A stretch of DNA of 64,000 bases from Eledone cirrhosa (lineage: Eukaryota). The stretch spans positions 64,666,001-64,730,000 of the forward strand of contig OZ024740.1 in the NCBI GenBank assembly GCA_964016885.1. Reading direction: 5' to 3'. This document shows positions 1 to 14,329 of this stretch, piece by piece; the stretch's first letter is position 1; every line of letters starts with the position of its first letter. The translations under genes and the position numbers were made by a program. The notes beneath the pieces are model-generated. The model saw only the letters and a program-made list of their open reading frames with translations. It did not search any database and had not been told where the DNA came from.

Positions 1-150
1 TTTATATGAGTGTATATATGCTGTTATATATGTGTGAGTGCTTGTACCCTGAAGTGGGTAGGAGAGAAAGCGACAGATAGATATATACACACGCAAAAAT
101 GTGAGTACGGCTCTATGAATAAATTTATATTTGAACGTATATGTATATTT

Positions 151-178
151 GTGTGTGTGTGGGGGATGGGGGGCGTGC

Positions 179-240
<62 letters not shown>
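151..240. repeat. (GT)n microsatellite
   Basis: Direct sequence; it produces the spurious CV/HT-rich ORFs. Confidence 0.95.
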
Positions 241-688
241 AAACCTGTTAGAAGATATGTCATGATATACGTGCATGTTTGCAAGCTTCTATAAAAATGC
301 TTGTGTTACTGTACAATAGTTTAAGCACCACACAATACTGAAATGCATTTCGTATTTTCATTGCACTTTTCATTTAAACTTTCTTTTACTGAATCTCATA
401 TTAACTGTTAACAAACAAAATCGCTTTTGCCGCATCAAAACAGCTGCTCTCTGTCGCTCTAACACACACACACACTCTCTCTCTCTACATCTCTCTCTGT
501 CTTTCTCTCTCTCTTTCTCTCTCGCTGTATGTAGTTTTGTAAGAATACGTAGACATATCCAGGATGTTGCCACGACTCACAGTAAAGCCACGAGGAGAAG
601 ACAGACTCTGAAATGAAACATCTGTTATTGGGCATAACGATTTATAAGAAAAGAGTGACTAATACATAGTTACCGGCTTTCCTTTTTA

Positions 689-970
689 ATGTTGTGTGAA
701 ATATGTTACCGCCTTAGCTAAGCTTAGTACTGCCACAACCACGGCTGGCCAAGCAGTAAGGGTCTGGTGGTACGTAAGTAAGCAACACTGTGGCTTAAAA
801 CGCGAGGAAGAAGTTGTGTGCACTTACCAACTGTTTGGGGAATGAGTGTGAGATTTGTCTTGAGCAAAGGTGGCAGAATAACCGGAGGCAGCAGACAGCC
901 AGACATACAGACAGATATTATAAGAGCGCGTTCTGGACGCACACGAAATTGTGGGAAGTGACGTAATGCA
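689..970 (-). mobile_element. possible solo-LTR-like repeat
   Basis: Higher-GC block reading TG...ACAACA on the minus strand with an internal TATAA; no TSD verified. Confidence 0.25.
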
Positions 971-1075
971 TACATCCAGACATACATACAGATATTATAA
1001 GGGCGTGAGGTTATATGTATGTATCTATCTAAAAAGACAAAGACTAAGAATTATAGATAGAGATCGCTAAATCGC

Positions 1076-1248
1076 TAGATCGCTAAATCGCTAGATCGCT
1101 ATATTGCCTAATGCGGTCCCTCGGGCATTGAAACATAAGTATTACATGTGTAAAGTTTGAAAACAGTCGGTTAGGTGGTTCTCGAGTTTTAAGGATTCAA
1201 ACTCACACACATACACACAGACAGACAACCTCAGTTTTATATATATAG

Positions 1249-1249
<1 letters not shown>
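1076..1249 (-). mobile_element. non-autonomous Helitron 5' fragment
   Basis: Minus strand begins TCTATATATATAAAACTGAGGTTGTCTGTCTGTGTG, like the Helitron at 4514; 3' end uncertain. Confidence 0.5.
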
Positions 1250-1288
<39 letters not shown>

Positions 1289-1856
1289 TGTTTGCGTGTA
1301 AGCGTAAGTTTGCATGTGGGAGTGCTCTCTTGTGCTTGTGTGTGTGTGTGTATGTGCATGTCTCTGCGTGTGTATGTGCGTATCAGTGCGCGCGTGCGTA
1401 GCCAGAACGAAAGCACGTGAAAAGTAATGGAGAACGATGTTGAAACGAATTACAAATACTTTTTCAAATAAGAATCTAATAACATGGAAAATTTTAGAAA
1501 GTAAAGAATGTGTAACATTGAGATGAGAATCTATATTACTTTCATGTTCCAATATAAAGTGAAACGAATTTTTTATGTAATTTCAATTGAATCACATTTT
1601 ATTTCTGAAACAAAAAGGGAGGAAGAAGAAAATGAAACAACGAATAAAAAAAAACAACGAAAAAAAACATGAAATAAACGTGGAAATCAACATTATCATT
1701 CTACTGACTCGTGAAGTGTTACAGCAACACATTCAAAGAGTCTTGATAATGCTTGTATATGAAGGCAAACATTTGCAATATGATGACGATTTTACTTTCG
1801 AATTCCTTTAATTGCATTAGTTTCTGAGTTCATATGATCGAAATAAACTTTTAAAT

Positions 1857-2541
<685 letters not shown>

Positions 2542-2887
2542 ATGGGGGCGGGGAACAAGCAATTTCGAAATAATAATTTATTTCGAAATTACTTGTTCCC
2601 CACCCCCATTCACATATCGAAAATATGGACAAAATCTAATGAAGATTATTCATGTTTTAATAACGAACAGTATTTTATAATTACAAAAAAAAACCAAAAG
2701 AGTTTCTATTAAGTGATTTCTCATCTTCCCTTCATCACCTACTTTACCCCCCCCCCTTTAACACCGTGTAACGGATGTGGAGTGTTTTAATGTTCAAACG
2801 ATTAATCAAATAAACCCTACATATACAAAGTGTCCTTGCTATTGTAAGTTTGTAAGTAGAGGAATCTCACTCTCCTCCTCTCGCTCT

Positions 2888-2937
<50 letters not shown>

Positions 2938-3113
2938 AATACAAATTACAAATTAATATAAATTAATATATATGATAAACACTAATACAATTATATAAGT
3001 GTTTGTATTGCAAATGACCAAGTTTGAAAAATACTAATTAAATTAATACAGTTTGCCTGTCTCGATTTAAAACAATAAATCAATAAAAACAAACCCATAT
3101 TGGCAATAGCCGT

Positions 3114-3201
3114 GATACCTGGACAAATTTGAATTTCAAAACTCAAATCCGTTTCGCAACAATAAGTGAAAATTCCATTTCTGTGCTCTTCTGCAGGTAT
3201 C
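3114..3201 (-). ncRNA. type I hammerhead-like motif, variant core CAGAAGA
   Basis: Minus strand: GATACCTG-CAGAAGA-gca..tgc-GAAAC-ggatttga..tcaaattt-GTC-CAGGTATC; stems I, II and III all pair. Confidence 0.7.
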
Positions 3202-3617
3202 CAGAAATTGGTATGTTTCACCTCAAAATAATTAGGAGGACTGAGAGAAATATATTGAACGCACATGGTGTCCCCGTGCCTGGCCAGTCCTATACTCGTG
3301 CCGCTAGAAATAACAGCCGTTTTTATGGGACTAAAATTTAGCTCAACAAATGGAGCCGTTAATACTATATATAGAGTTATAAACTCAAACAGTCTTTTAC
3401 AATTAAATAGCTCAAAGAAAGAGATATTTCTGAGCCGTGAAATACAAATTAATATAAATTAATATATGATAAACACTAATACAATTATATAAGTGTTTGT
3501 ATTGCAAATGACCAAGTTAGCTAGATTGAAAAATACTAATTAAATTAATACAGTTTGCCTGTCTCGATTTAAAACAATAAATCAATAAAAACAAACCCAT
3601 ATTGGCAATAGCCGTGA

Positions 3618-3701
3618 TACCTGGACAAATTTGAATTTCAAAACTCAAATCCGTTTCGCAACAATAAGTGAAAATTCCATTTCTGTGCTCTTCTGCAGGT
3701 A
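3618..3701 (-). ncRNA. second copy of the CAGAAGA hammerhead-like motif
   Basis: TACCTG/CAGGTA stem I, same core, GAAAC...GTC. Confidence 0.7.
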
Positions 3702-3831
3702 GCCAGAAATTGGTATGTTTCACCTCAATATACTTAGGAGAACTGAGAGAAATATCTCTTTCTTTGAGCTATTTAATTGTAAAAGACTGTTTGAGTTTAT
3801 AACTCTATATATAGTATATATATAGAGAGAG

Positions 3832-4299
3832 AGAAGTGTGTTACACAGTGAAATGTGTGTAAAAGATTATAACGAGCTCCACATTTTTGAGCTTAATAAA
3901 TTCGAATGGTTGGGCTGCACTCTCTAGCATTTTCCCCAATCCATGAGAACCGTTATTTGATGCAAATAACACGTGATTTCGCCCTACCCTGGGCAGGGCG
4001 TATATTAGCTTTCTCTCTATCCATGAAGCTAGATGTGTACTAAACAGAATCCACATTTGCTGACTGATGAACCTGTCGCTGTTAAACTGCACAATTCTGT
4101 GGCGAAACGAACTTAATTCGTATCAGCAAACTTATAGTTATAAGGTTAGTAATTTAAAACTCTACTTCAGTAATTTAATTCTGACTTAGGTTTTTTTCTA
4201 ATTTAATTGCTAAACCTATAGATATTGTTTTCTATACAGTAACGGTAAAAATCACTTGTAATAATCCTTGACACACATTTCACTGTGTAACACACTTCT
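3832..4299. mobile_element. MITE with 29 bp perfect terminal inverted repeats
   Basis: agaagtgtgttacacagtgaaatgtgtgt ... acacacatttcactgtgtaacacacttct; non-coding interior. Confidence 0.8.
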
Positions 4300-4513
4300 A
4301 TTTGTGTAATATATTTGTATCCGAGCTCAGAAGAAAATGTTCTATTCTTCTTTGAGCTAATATTATTATTATTATTACTGTGAACTGCGGAATACTCTTA
4401 ATTCCGATCCTTGTATTTATATATATATATAAATATATATGTGTACGCACACACACACACAAACACACACACATATATATATATATATGTGTACACACAT
4501 ATGTATGTATATA

Positions 4514-5279
4514 TCTATATATATAAAGTTGTAGTTCCTGTCTGTTTGTTGACGAACACCTCCTATGGTTTTGGAGATAGACCTCCCCTCCATAACGATC
4601 TATATTCTGAAACTACACTGCCCGGGGTACTTAGATAAGTATATTTCATTTTAATCAAAGGGTTCCGCGGGGGCACAACTCCCGCTGAAAATCTTTTCCC
4701 TTCGATTTATATGAAATTAAAACCATAGTAAATGACAAGGTATGGTGCCTATTCACAAAACTTGAGCAAATTTCAATAATATTAAGACACCCTAATGGGG
4801 ATTAAACCCCCTATAGTGAAAATTTTGGAAGCCCATAACTTGAGTATTGGAACCTCTATTATCACGGGGTTTTTCTATTTTGTTAGACGTAAATCAACAA
4901 AAAAAGCACCTCTCTTTTATAGTAAAAGTTTGCTAATTTAGACATTTTTTCAGACATCCCTTATGCCACGGAAAAGAAAATCCAGTTATGCAAATAATCC
5001 ACATGCAAAAAGGATGAGAGTTCGTCGTCTATCTGAAAGCTGTGAAGAACGACTTTCTAGCTAAAGACAGAGGCAAACAGAGTCTCGGCAAAATGAAAGT
5101 AGTTATACAAGGGCAGAACGACTTTCTAGCTAAATGAAACCTTTGGTGAGCACCAAGAAAGACAAGAAGAAGATAGATTTCACCATATAGTTGCAAGAAG
5201 AAATGACTCTGAAGAAGAAAGACAACAGCGTTTGATTGCTGATGTGTGAAACGCAGCAATTCGCGGGTAATTCGGCTAG
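4514..5279 (+). mobile_element. non-autonomous Helitron
   Basis: A|TC 5' end, 3' GC-rich subterminal segment then CTAG|T, no TSD; ATG at 4963 gives MPRKRKSSYANNPHAKRMRVRR, resembling RepHel N-termini. Confidence 0.8.
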
Positions 5280-5339
5280 TATATATATATATATAATATG
5301 TGACACAAAAATATATACCATATAATATATGAATGTCGA

Positions 5340-6560
5340 TCTCCTGTTGTAGGATCCAGATTTGCACCGAGATACATGACGATGTGCATATGGGAATACT
5401 TTTAATGAATAAAGAGGTTGACCGTAATAATTGTTGATACTGAGGATCAGGTTTTCAAAGATAATGCCAGTCCTTTCTCCTCATTCAAGTTCCTTCTATA
5501 TTAGAGGACATGCATTACATCCATAAACAGCATAACTACCGTGATATGAAAGCAAATCCAATACCAATGAAACAGATATTGTTTCGTACGACATTTAAAA
5601 TCCATAACGTTTTAAAGTATTATAGTGATATATATCATCTTCCAGATATCTCAGGCTCATACGCGGCTTTTTAAATGATGGTGGCTCATTTAACCCTTAG
5701 TACCCGTTATCAGTCCTGTTTCAGTCACGGTATGACAAGCAGCTACTAACATGCTAGACGAGTAGTTTCAAATTAGATTATCCTGGAGATACCAAGTGCA
5801 TCCAAGTCACAACTTATTTTCTTCAGTTCTAAATCTTGTTGAAAATACAGAATTGGGTAATAGCATGGTTAAATGTTGTTGAGCAGGAATCATACCGAAC
5901 AGGAGATTCACGAGTCAGTACTCTATCTCTCATCTGCTTTTTTTGTTTCACCTTGATGATAGTAGTTACGCTTAGTCTCTGCGTGAATGTATGACAAGAC
6001 GCTAAAACATTTTATTCCAATAATTCTGTATTCAGTCAGCATTCCAATAATTCTGTATTCCGTCTGTAGAGACGTTCCGTTTTCGTGTCTCTGCAAACAA
6101 CACAACACTTCTATCTTTAACCGTTGCTTTACTGGACATAAGAACTCATTTAAATGAAAGTGCGATCGATAACATAGGAAAGATGTTTCGCCAATGTTAA
6201 TATTATGATTTATTTCGAAGATTTTATATAACTTTATAACCATTCCATATTGCAACACCACCTATACATATATTACACTTGTGCTCACAATCCCCAGAAA
6301 ACTACTAATTCTGCATCAGTTGAACAAGACGCTTAATTTGTTTGTAATATTATTCAATTCTCGTTCTTCTCACATAACATCCTTTTGTGAAAATAAATGT
6401 CATTGTGTAATATCATTCTAGATATATTATGTCTGAAACAAATACTATATCTCTCAGCTGGTTTGTATTTGGCAATAGGCCAACTTTTCCTGATTGAACT
6501 CGAGATAAAATGCAAACATAGTGTCACCAAAAAATTCCTGACATTCAATTTTTTTACTTC
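5340..6560 (-). pseudogene. decayed Cys-loop (nAChR-like) receptor remnant
   Basis: Minus-strand CEKNEN*IILQTN (cf. DEKNQILxTN) near 6330-6375 and GERTGIIFENLILSI (cf. M1-M2 GEKxxLxxTxLLS) near 5440-5480; many stops and frameshifts. Confidence 0.5.
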
Positions 6561-7089
6561 ACAAATGATTTTTTTTCAATTTTCATACATGAATCTTTTG
6601 CACTCACACAGGTAAAAACTCCACACTAGCACATATATGTACGCGTAGAATACAACGCCAACATAAAATACCACGAATATTCTGGATTCTCATTTAGAAC
6701 TCATTCTGAAATGAAAACAAATATTACGCCATTCAAATTTCAATATGATATTCAGTATTGTATGAAATGTTCGCACAGATGAGAACGGATATTGTTGAAG
6801 AATGACATGATATTATTTTATATGTTATTATGAATAACACGATAGACGTTCAAAGTCTGATAATCCTATTGTTTTCTGGTTGGACTGTATCATTAAAAGA
6901 GTCATTTCCTTATTCAATATCAGCCGGGTGCAATTTAAGAATGATTTGGTTGTAAATTCAAACAGGATGAACAACCTAGTAAATCAACGATATTGTCTGG
7001 AAAAAAAATATCGGTGTATTCGAAAAATGCAATCGAACAAGTTAATATTTATAGATGATGTTGTATGACGCCTTTGCTAAGCCATTGTT

Positions 7090-7306
7090 TGGATTGGCAG
7101 TATCGGTAGAGGGTCGGACGCCATGCTTTGCAGCATAGACTTACAGCCTTTTACGTTCTGAGTTCAAATCCCACCGAGGTTAGCTTTGCCTTTCCTCCTT
7201 ACGGAGTCGATAAAATAAAGCAGCAGCAATGCACTGAGGTCGATTTAATCGACTTTCCCCTCCCCCAAGATTGCCGGCCTCGAGCCTAAATTAGAAACAA
7301 TTATTA
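7090..7306 (+). mobile_element. tRNA-derived SINE
   Basis: A-box-like tggattggcagtatcggtag, B-box gagttcaaatccc, conserved gtcgataaaataaag core. Confidence 0.9.
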
Positions 7307-7900
7307 ATTTGCTGTTTCGCTTAACTATACTAAAATTACATCCCCATAGACATTATTCTGTACGATTCAATATATAAAATCTTAACTATATTTCAGATGG
7401 TTTGTTGCAAATAAAACAATTTTAAAAAGCAAAATAACGACATACGCTTCTTTATACACCATGTATTTGTAGGATGATTTTAAACATCTAATCTCTGTGT
7501 TAGGCTGTCATGCAACTTTCAACATTAAAGTGTTTATATCAATTTAGACCTCCATTTTGGAAATGACGAGTTTTATTATATAACACCCTGAAATGATTGT
7601 AAATGCTGACAATATAACAAAGATGACTTTACACGCAAAACCTTCTCATAAACGAATCTACCCACTGAAATGCATATTAACAACAATACATCCCAAAAGG
7701 AATACATTCATAAACCTCAATATTTTCAATCTACAATTACTAAATTACAACTAAATCATGGATTCGTTTTCTGCTTAAAAATTTGGTTTACAACACATGC
7801 CAGAAATGCCTGACACACAGTGTTAGCACATATATATAACTTTTATGAACATGGATAATATTCATATATCAATCATACATATGTGTGTATATCTGTATCC

Positions 7901-8013
<113 letters not shown>

Positions 8014-8231
8014 AGACGTGTGTAACTTCGCGGAGAAGTTTCCATTAATTTATGTAAGAAAAAAACGTGAGTTTTTAGTTAAATTTTATATCATTGTGTA
8101 ACTTGACCCCGCGTCTGGACTTTCAGGTGGTGGGTCAACTCATTTTCGCCCCCACAGGGGCGGAATATCAATTTAAAAAAAGTTTTCTCCATCGAATCTT
8201 TGAAAAAATATTGTGAAATTTTGATTACGTT

Positions 8232-10142
8232 ATGAACGCTGCGTCCAACGATAATGGTGGTGGAGAGGCGGTAAGACTACAAAGCTCGCAGTCAACAACG
8301 TCTTCTTCAATAGATACTATAGAGATGGAAAGACGAAATGAAAATGTAAAAACGAATTCATATCCAAACAACACAAATGACACCAAACAATTCAATGACA
8401 ACAAAAATAACAGCAACACCAATAATGATGATAAAAACAACAATGATAACAACAACAATGAAAAAAATAAAGACAACACCAATAACACCAGCATCAAAGA
8501 CAACAACAACACCAAGGAAAATACGAATAATACCAACATCGGTGACAACAAGAATAACAACAACAATAACAACAATAATGACGACACCAACAACACGGAT
8601 TCCACAAAGAAACCAAAATCTCCTTTGCAGAGAAAGTTCAAAAAAAGGAGGAATTGATATATCTCATCATAACAAATGCTGAACAACTTTTAAAGGACGC
8701 TAGGAGATATGTCACTTTCGAAAAAAATGGTGCTTTCAGCATCAATTCTCCGGTAGAAATTTGAAAGGAAACTGCTCTCAAAACGATAGTTTTTAGGACA
8801 GTTTCCAATTCTACCCGAAAACCAGTCCAATTGTCACAGAAAGAAATTGAACCGGTTTTCAAAAATTCAATGAATGATATTGCATTCATTCCAAGAAGCA
8901 AACTTTTTGGGAGTATTTCGGTACTCATGAAGGATCAATTGACGGCCCAAAATTACTCTGTGTCGCCAATTGTATCCAACCTGTACACCTTTTTCCCTAC
9001 ATACATGGGAAAAAGGACACAAAAGATCAGAATCACGAGTGTCACACCAAAGGTGAACATATGGTGGATACTGTGCGGCTTCATCAATTTTGATGAAGAC
9101 AGAATACTGTCAGTAGGAAAGTCCCCCAGAGATGTATTCAATGGGTCTAGCATTGAAGTTCTGGTGCAAATGAGCCCAGAGCGAATAGCTATGATCCCAC
9201 AACGTGTACTCCTGGACGGACTCACCTACATAAACTTTTCGGTTGAGGGTAGGCGGCCTTCATGTTACCATTGCTTTAGCAGGGGTCACTTGAGGGCTTC
9301 CTGTTCTAAATTAATGAATCAAAAAAGGGCTCTTCGGCCGACACCCATCAAAACAACACAACCACCAACACCACCACAACAGCAACACCAACACACAAAA
9401 ATAACCACAACAAACACAGTCCCACCCAACCCCACTCCACCTAAAACCACTGCAAAATCACATACAGACACAACGGCTCCCCAAGACATACCCCTCCCCA
9501 ATCACACAGACGATACAACAGATGAGGCTATCTCGCCATCACCCAGTAAAGACGAGGGAGAACCCCATCGCTCGAAAAGAAAGAAAAGACATTACAAAAG
9601 CAAAAAACCAGCAAACACTACCACAAACATACAACCACCAACACAAACAACAAAAACATCACAAACAAAACCCCCACCTCCTGAAAACAAAATACCTACA
9701 ACAAAACGAAAGCACACAAGAACTACAGACAAAAACAAACACAACACAAGAAAATTACACTTACACTTACATAAACACTGAAAACAAAACACTAATGGAG
9801 ACCATCACCAACGACCCTTCGATGAAAACCGAAGGGAAAACTTTCGCCCACTCTATTAAAAATAGCAAAAAACTGAACCTAAAACTGATTAGGGTCCCTA
9901 TACAAACTTATAGGTCCCTAAAAGAAACATTTGAGAAGGATGTGAGGAATTCCTGCGTGAAACCACTCAACCGCGTCCTTCTCAAATGTCTCCCCACCCC
10001 ATACACCCCCATTCCACCAGACCCCACCCCACCAAACATCTCCGTCCCCACCCCGCCGCAAACCACCACCCATCCAGACAACCCCTCCAACACCCCCATG
10101 GAAATGGTACGGCCTGGTCCCCAGGAGACGAAGGGTGAGTGA
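8232..10142 (+). pseudogene. LINE ORF1 (gag-like), frameshifted
   Basis: Asn-rich N-terminus, CYHCFSRGHLRASC zinc knuckle, Pro/Thr-rich tail; split over three frames. Confidence 0.8.
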
Positions 10143-10175
10143 TCTCTTTTCCTCTTTTAACTTTTCAGCACCAAC

Positions 10176-13062
10176 ATGGCCAATATAAGAGTTGGATGTG
10201 TGAACGTACGCGGCCTGGGGATTCCTTGGAAACAGGGCAAACTCTTAAACGACCTCAGGTCGCACAGTATGGATGTGGTAGCCATTTGCGAGTCCAGGAT
10301 CCACAGCGAGCGACAGCTGGCCCCCATCTTCGATGAGTTTGAGATCTACGCATCTCTCTGTCAACCGGGGGGTGGGGGCGGAGTTGCCGTTTTGCTGCGG
10401 AAACACCTGGGCCTCGTAACACAGACGGTACATCTGGACCCGGAGGGTCGACTGGTGGTCCTAGACGTTGACGGTAGTGAAGGTGGAGCCTTCAGGCTGG
10501 TGGTCGCATATGCCCCATCCGGGACACCGCGGCCAGACTTCTTCAAACGTCTAGAGACTTTTCTGGGAACGTCCCGCTCCTTACTTTTAGTGGGGGACTG
10601 GAATGGAATCCTAGATGCACGTTGGGACTATGTGGAAGCATGTCCCGATAAAGGGGGGTGTAACAGCCTCAAACAGTTAGTCGACCGATTTGACCTGACC
10701 GATAGATATCGACTAGATTTTCCGACTGCGCCACTGTGTACGTGGAGTATTCGTAGCGGAACATCTAGATCATACCTAGATAAGGTTCCAGTTAGAAATA
10801 AGGATAGGGACATGTTAAGCTGTCCACAAATGTTCATAGTTGCCTATTCAGATCACAAACTAGTGACCTGCATGGCCAACCTTGGTAGAACCCATAGACA
10901 AGGACCCGGCTACTGGAAGCTGAACTTGTCGTTACCGACAAGCAAAGCCTACAGTAGATGGATTAGTACTTTAGTTAAACAGCACTTGACATGGGCCATT
11001 GTCAACAACAGATGGTGGTACTCTCTGAAGAGGGTAGTTAGATTAGACTCGTTAGTTTTTAGTAAAGAATTAGCGTTAGATAGAAATAGAACCGAGAAGG
11101 AACTGGTAGATAAAGTAGAAGAGGCAATTAGAAGTGGCAACGTAGCCAGCGTGCTAGCAACGAGAACGGCCTTGGACCAGTTCTTCGACGCAAAGCACGA
11201 GGGCTGCGTTGTCAGAAGCAAAATAGGTGCTCTGGGAAACGAGGGAGCCAAAGCTGTTAGCTGGGCCCAAGTGACGGAGGCAAAAAGTGGCAACAAGTCC
11301 ACGATTCGGTCTTTGAAGGACCAAAACGGACGCGTGATACGTGAGCCGAAGCAGATGTGTGCGGCCTTTCAGCGGCACTTTGCTCAACCATTTGGGCGGG
11401 GCGGGGCGCCGGGAGGGGCTATGGATTTCGGTCCATACCTCGACGGCCTACCGCGACTCTCGGACAGGCAAAATTCTGCGAAAAGCCGATTTCAGCCACT
11501 GAGATAGGGGCCGCGCTGAGCCAATGCGGCGAACGCAAATCTCCAGGTCTCGACGGTCTACCCTACTAATTTTACGTAGCAATGCCGGATTTATTCTCCG
11601 GTCTCCTGGAAGCGGTCTACTGCAACTGGCAACAGAACGGGAGAATTCCCAGTTCTGTAACCGGGGGCGTAGTCACACTAATCAGGAAGGACGAGAATAA
11701 GGGGGATGACATAGGCAACTTCCGGCTCATAACTCTGCTAAACACAGAGTTACAGATTTTGGCCAAGGTGCGAAGCTGAACCGGGACAAGTCCATCGGTT
11801 TGCAACTCGGATCGTGGAGAGGCAAACCGATGCCTTCCGATGGCGTCGTCGGACGCTGGACGGAAGGACCGGTAAAGCTGCTCGGGGTCTGGTTTGGTCC
11901 GGACCTCCAGGTGGAGAAGAACTGGAACGAAGTGACGGCCAAGGTGTTTGCACTCACCCAGAAGTGGGCCGAGTGCAAACTATCCTTGAAAGGTCGAGGG
12001 GAGGTGGCGAACACTTTTATAGCGTCCGCCATCTACTACCGCTTGACCGTCGTGCCTTGTCCAGCCAAAACGCTCGCCAAAATGGAACGTGCGCTCTTCC
12101 AATTCCTTTGGAAGAGGTGGGCTCCTTTGGTGAGAAGATCCATCTGCTGCCAACACCCTTCTAACGGAGGGCTGGGAATGCCGTGGTTGACGATGCGCAA
12201 ACACGCGTTCAGGCTGCGGCATCTCTACGTATTCCTCACCGGACAACCGGTGTGGGCCCCGTTCGTGAGGCGAGCCTTCCCACGACTCGTCTCGCTGACC
12301 GAGCTGCAGTCGTGGGTCAAGCAAAGACCGAGGAAAATGGGCGACTAGCACATCGAATGTGCTCAGGCGTTCACAGCCCTCTGGCAGGCGGACCTGGCGA
12401 TCAGTGGAGACTCCACTTCGTCATTCTATAGAGGGTTGATCCGCAGCAAGTGCGACGACGCATACGGTGAAACTCTAGGCGTAGAGGAAGATGAACTGGC
12501 CAGTCTGTTCGGTAGAACCTTCCGCTCGGGACCGATGGACAACTTCCAAAAGTCCCTGGCCTGGCAGTGCTACCGAGGAGCTCTACCAGTTCGAGACAAG
12601 CTCTACAGACATGGGCGCCCGGGAAGGGACCCTGCAAAAAATATCTGTCCGAGGTGCGTGCGAGACGAAGAAACCGTCGCGCACGCATTCATACACTGCC
12701 CGGGCGTCACTGACCTGTGGGGCTATGTAGAACGACTATTGTCGCGGGTGGGACCAATCCAGTTAACCACCGAGTCCATTGTCATGATCAAACCGCCACC
12801 CTCCTTCAAAGACGAAGGAGAGGCGGTTTTCCTTTGTGTGATAGCTATGGCGAAAGAGGTTGTATAGTGGACAAGGTTGAAAGGGCTGAGGTCAGACACC
12901 TTCTCCCTCCGGCCAACAACTGATTCTTTTTTTCAAATACCACTTTGGAAGAAGAATCAGGATGGAGAGAGAGGTGCTGTACCCCAGCAAGTTTTATGAA
13001 AGGTGGGTGAAAGTGGCGAGAATGGCCCGAGTGAATGGGCCTTCTCTCTATATCAGCCTGTA
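10176..13062 (+). pseudogene. LINE ORF2: AP-endonuclease + deleted RT + CCHC
   Basis: NVRGL, CES, YAP, GDWN, SDH endonuclease motifs; KSPGLDGLP, NFRLITLLNTE; GGLGMP; CPRC..ETVAHAFIHC; internal stops. Confidence 0.9.
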
Positions 13063-13316
13063 GGTTGAGGAAAAGAAGGAGGAGAGGAAATCAGTACAAA
13101 CTCTTCATACTCCTGGAGACGAGGGTTGCACATTTTTTCGGGGGTATGTATTACCCATATAAACTGTCTCCCCCTATTGGGGAAAATCGACTAACTTTTT
13201 AAATTCCATTTGTGATAACATTTTACACGTTTTTATTGTATGTAAACTTCCCCCTTTGTATTTGTCCCCTTCTTTTGTGCCCCTGTGGCTAATAAAGAAA
13301 CATATCTATCTATCTA

Positions 13317-13374
<58 letters not shown>

Positions 13375-13549
13375 CATATGTATGTGTGTTTTTGCGTATG
13401 TATGAGTGTTTGTGTTCGTGCGTGAGTGTATACATGTACTCAAATACACACTCACCGTATGTACGGACATAGAATGCTTCGAGTATTTTTATAAGTATCA
13501 AGCTTAACATGTGGGAAGCATCAAATAAATATTAAATGTTATGGTGGAG

Positions 13550-14200
13550 AGCCATCAAGCAGTACCGCCATACACTTTCATGAAGTTTCTTCTTGCACTT
13601 TGATATAGTTTTGAACAAATCATTTATGAATGATGTGTACAAACACTGGATGTCATAGATGTGATTTAATGAAGGGAAAACAAATGGCATCGGCATCTGT
13701 TGCTAGTATCAAAACGTTACTGCTTCCACCTGGGGTAATGTAGGTTGGAGTGATTTGACAGAACATATGATTTCCAAAATAGTTTTTCTTTTAATGGCAT
13801 TAGAAGTATATTGAAAGAACCAGATGATTACCTCTATGTAATAATAGGAGTGTAAGACAGTTCTGCATGTTCTGATGAAGTTGATGATCGGAATTTTATA
13901 AAGAACCAGATCATGAATGATCACTGAAACTATGCACTTTTTCAATTTAGATTGCCCATATACGTAAACGCCTGGTGTGTGTTTAAATAATGTATTATTG
14001 TTCTCAGTTCTTTACGTAGATGAAATGATAAGGATATATGTATTTTGATGAACAACAAATTGACTGTGAAATAGTAAATTCTATTTCCTCTGTTTCTATG
14101 ATGAAAAGAAGCATATATTTTCACATTTGATATCGTATTTGCAGCGAACGTTATACCCTGTAGACATGTGTAGTTTAAGAAGGGCGTTAAGAGAAGTTAC
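13550..14200 (-). pseudogene. decayed Cys-loop receptor ligand-binding-domain remnant
   Basis: TPGVYVY (cf. xPDIxLY), then VSVIIHDLVLYKIPIINFIRTC (cf. VxxDGxVxYxxPxxxxxxC), then GS/QYTSNAI (cf. GSWxY), in the expected order. Confidence 0.4.
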
Positions 14201-14329
14201 TGAAATATACCGAAATATGCTTACATTAAACTAATATTTACTTTTCTGTCGCTCTTTAATTTCCCCACCGGAAATTCTTATCAGATTTGAAATCTTTTAT
14301 CGTCGCTATATGAAACATTATTTCTTAAT

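Larger units (their letters stand above)
2935..3817 (-). mobile_element. Penelope-type pseudo-LTR relic: ~315 bp direct repeats (2945-3253, 3440-3753) plus inverted tail (3362-3430 vs 3748-3817)
   Basis: Duplicated blocks visible directly; each repeat has a hammerhead fold; homologous to the 62.2-63.3 kb palindrome (shared gctagaaataacagccg and ggct(a/g)ttgccaatat). Confidence 0.7.

Noticed and set aside
5689-5872. piggyBac-like MITE (TTAACC...GGTTAA)
   Set aside because: Inverted match beyond 6 bp is poor.
7090-7180. tRNA gene
   Set aside because: A/B-box head of a SINE; no complete cloverleaf, and followed by the SINE body.
13790-13921. Plus-strand DRNFIKNQI, SAMHD1-like
   Set aside because: Short, contains a stop, and overlaps a better minus-strand interpretation.
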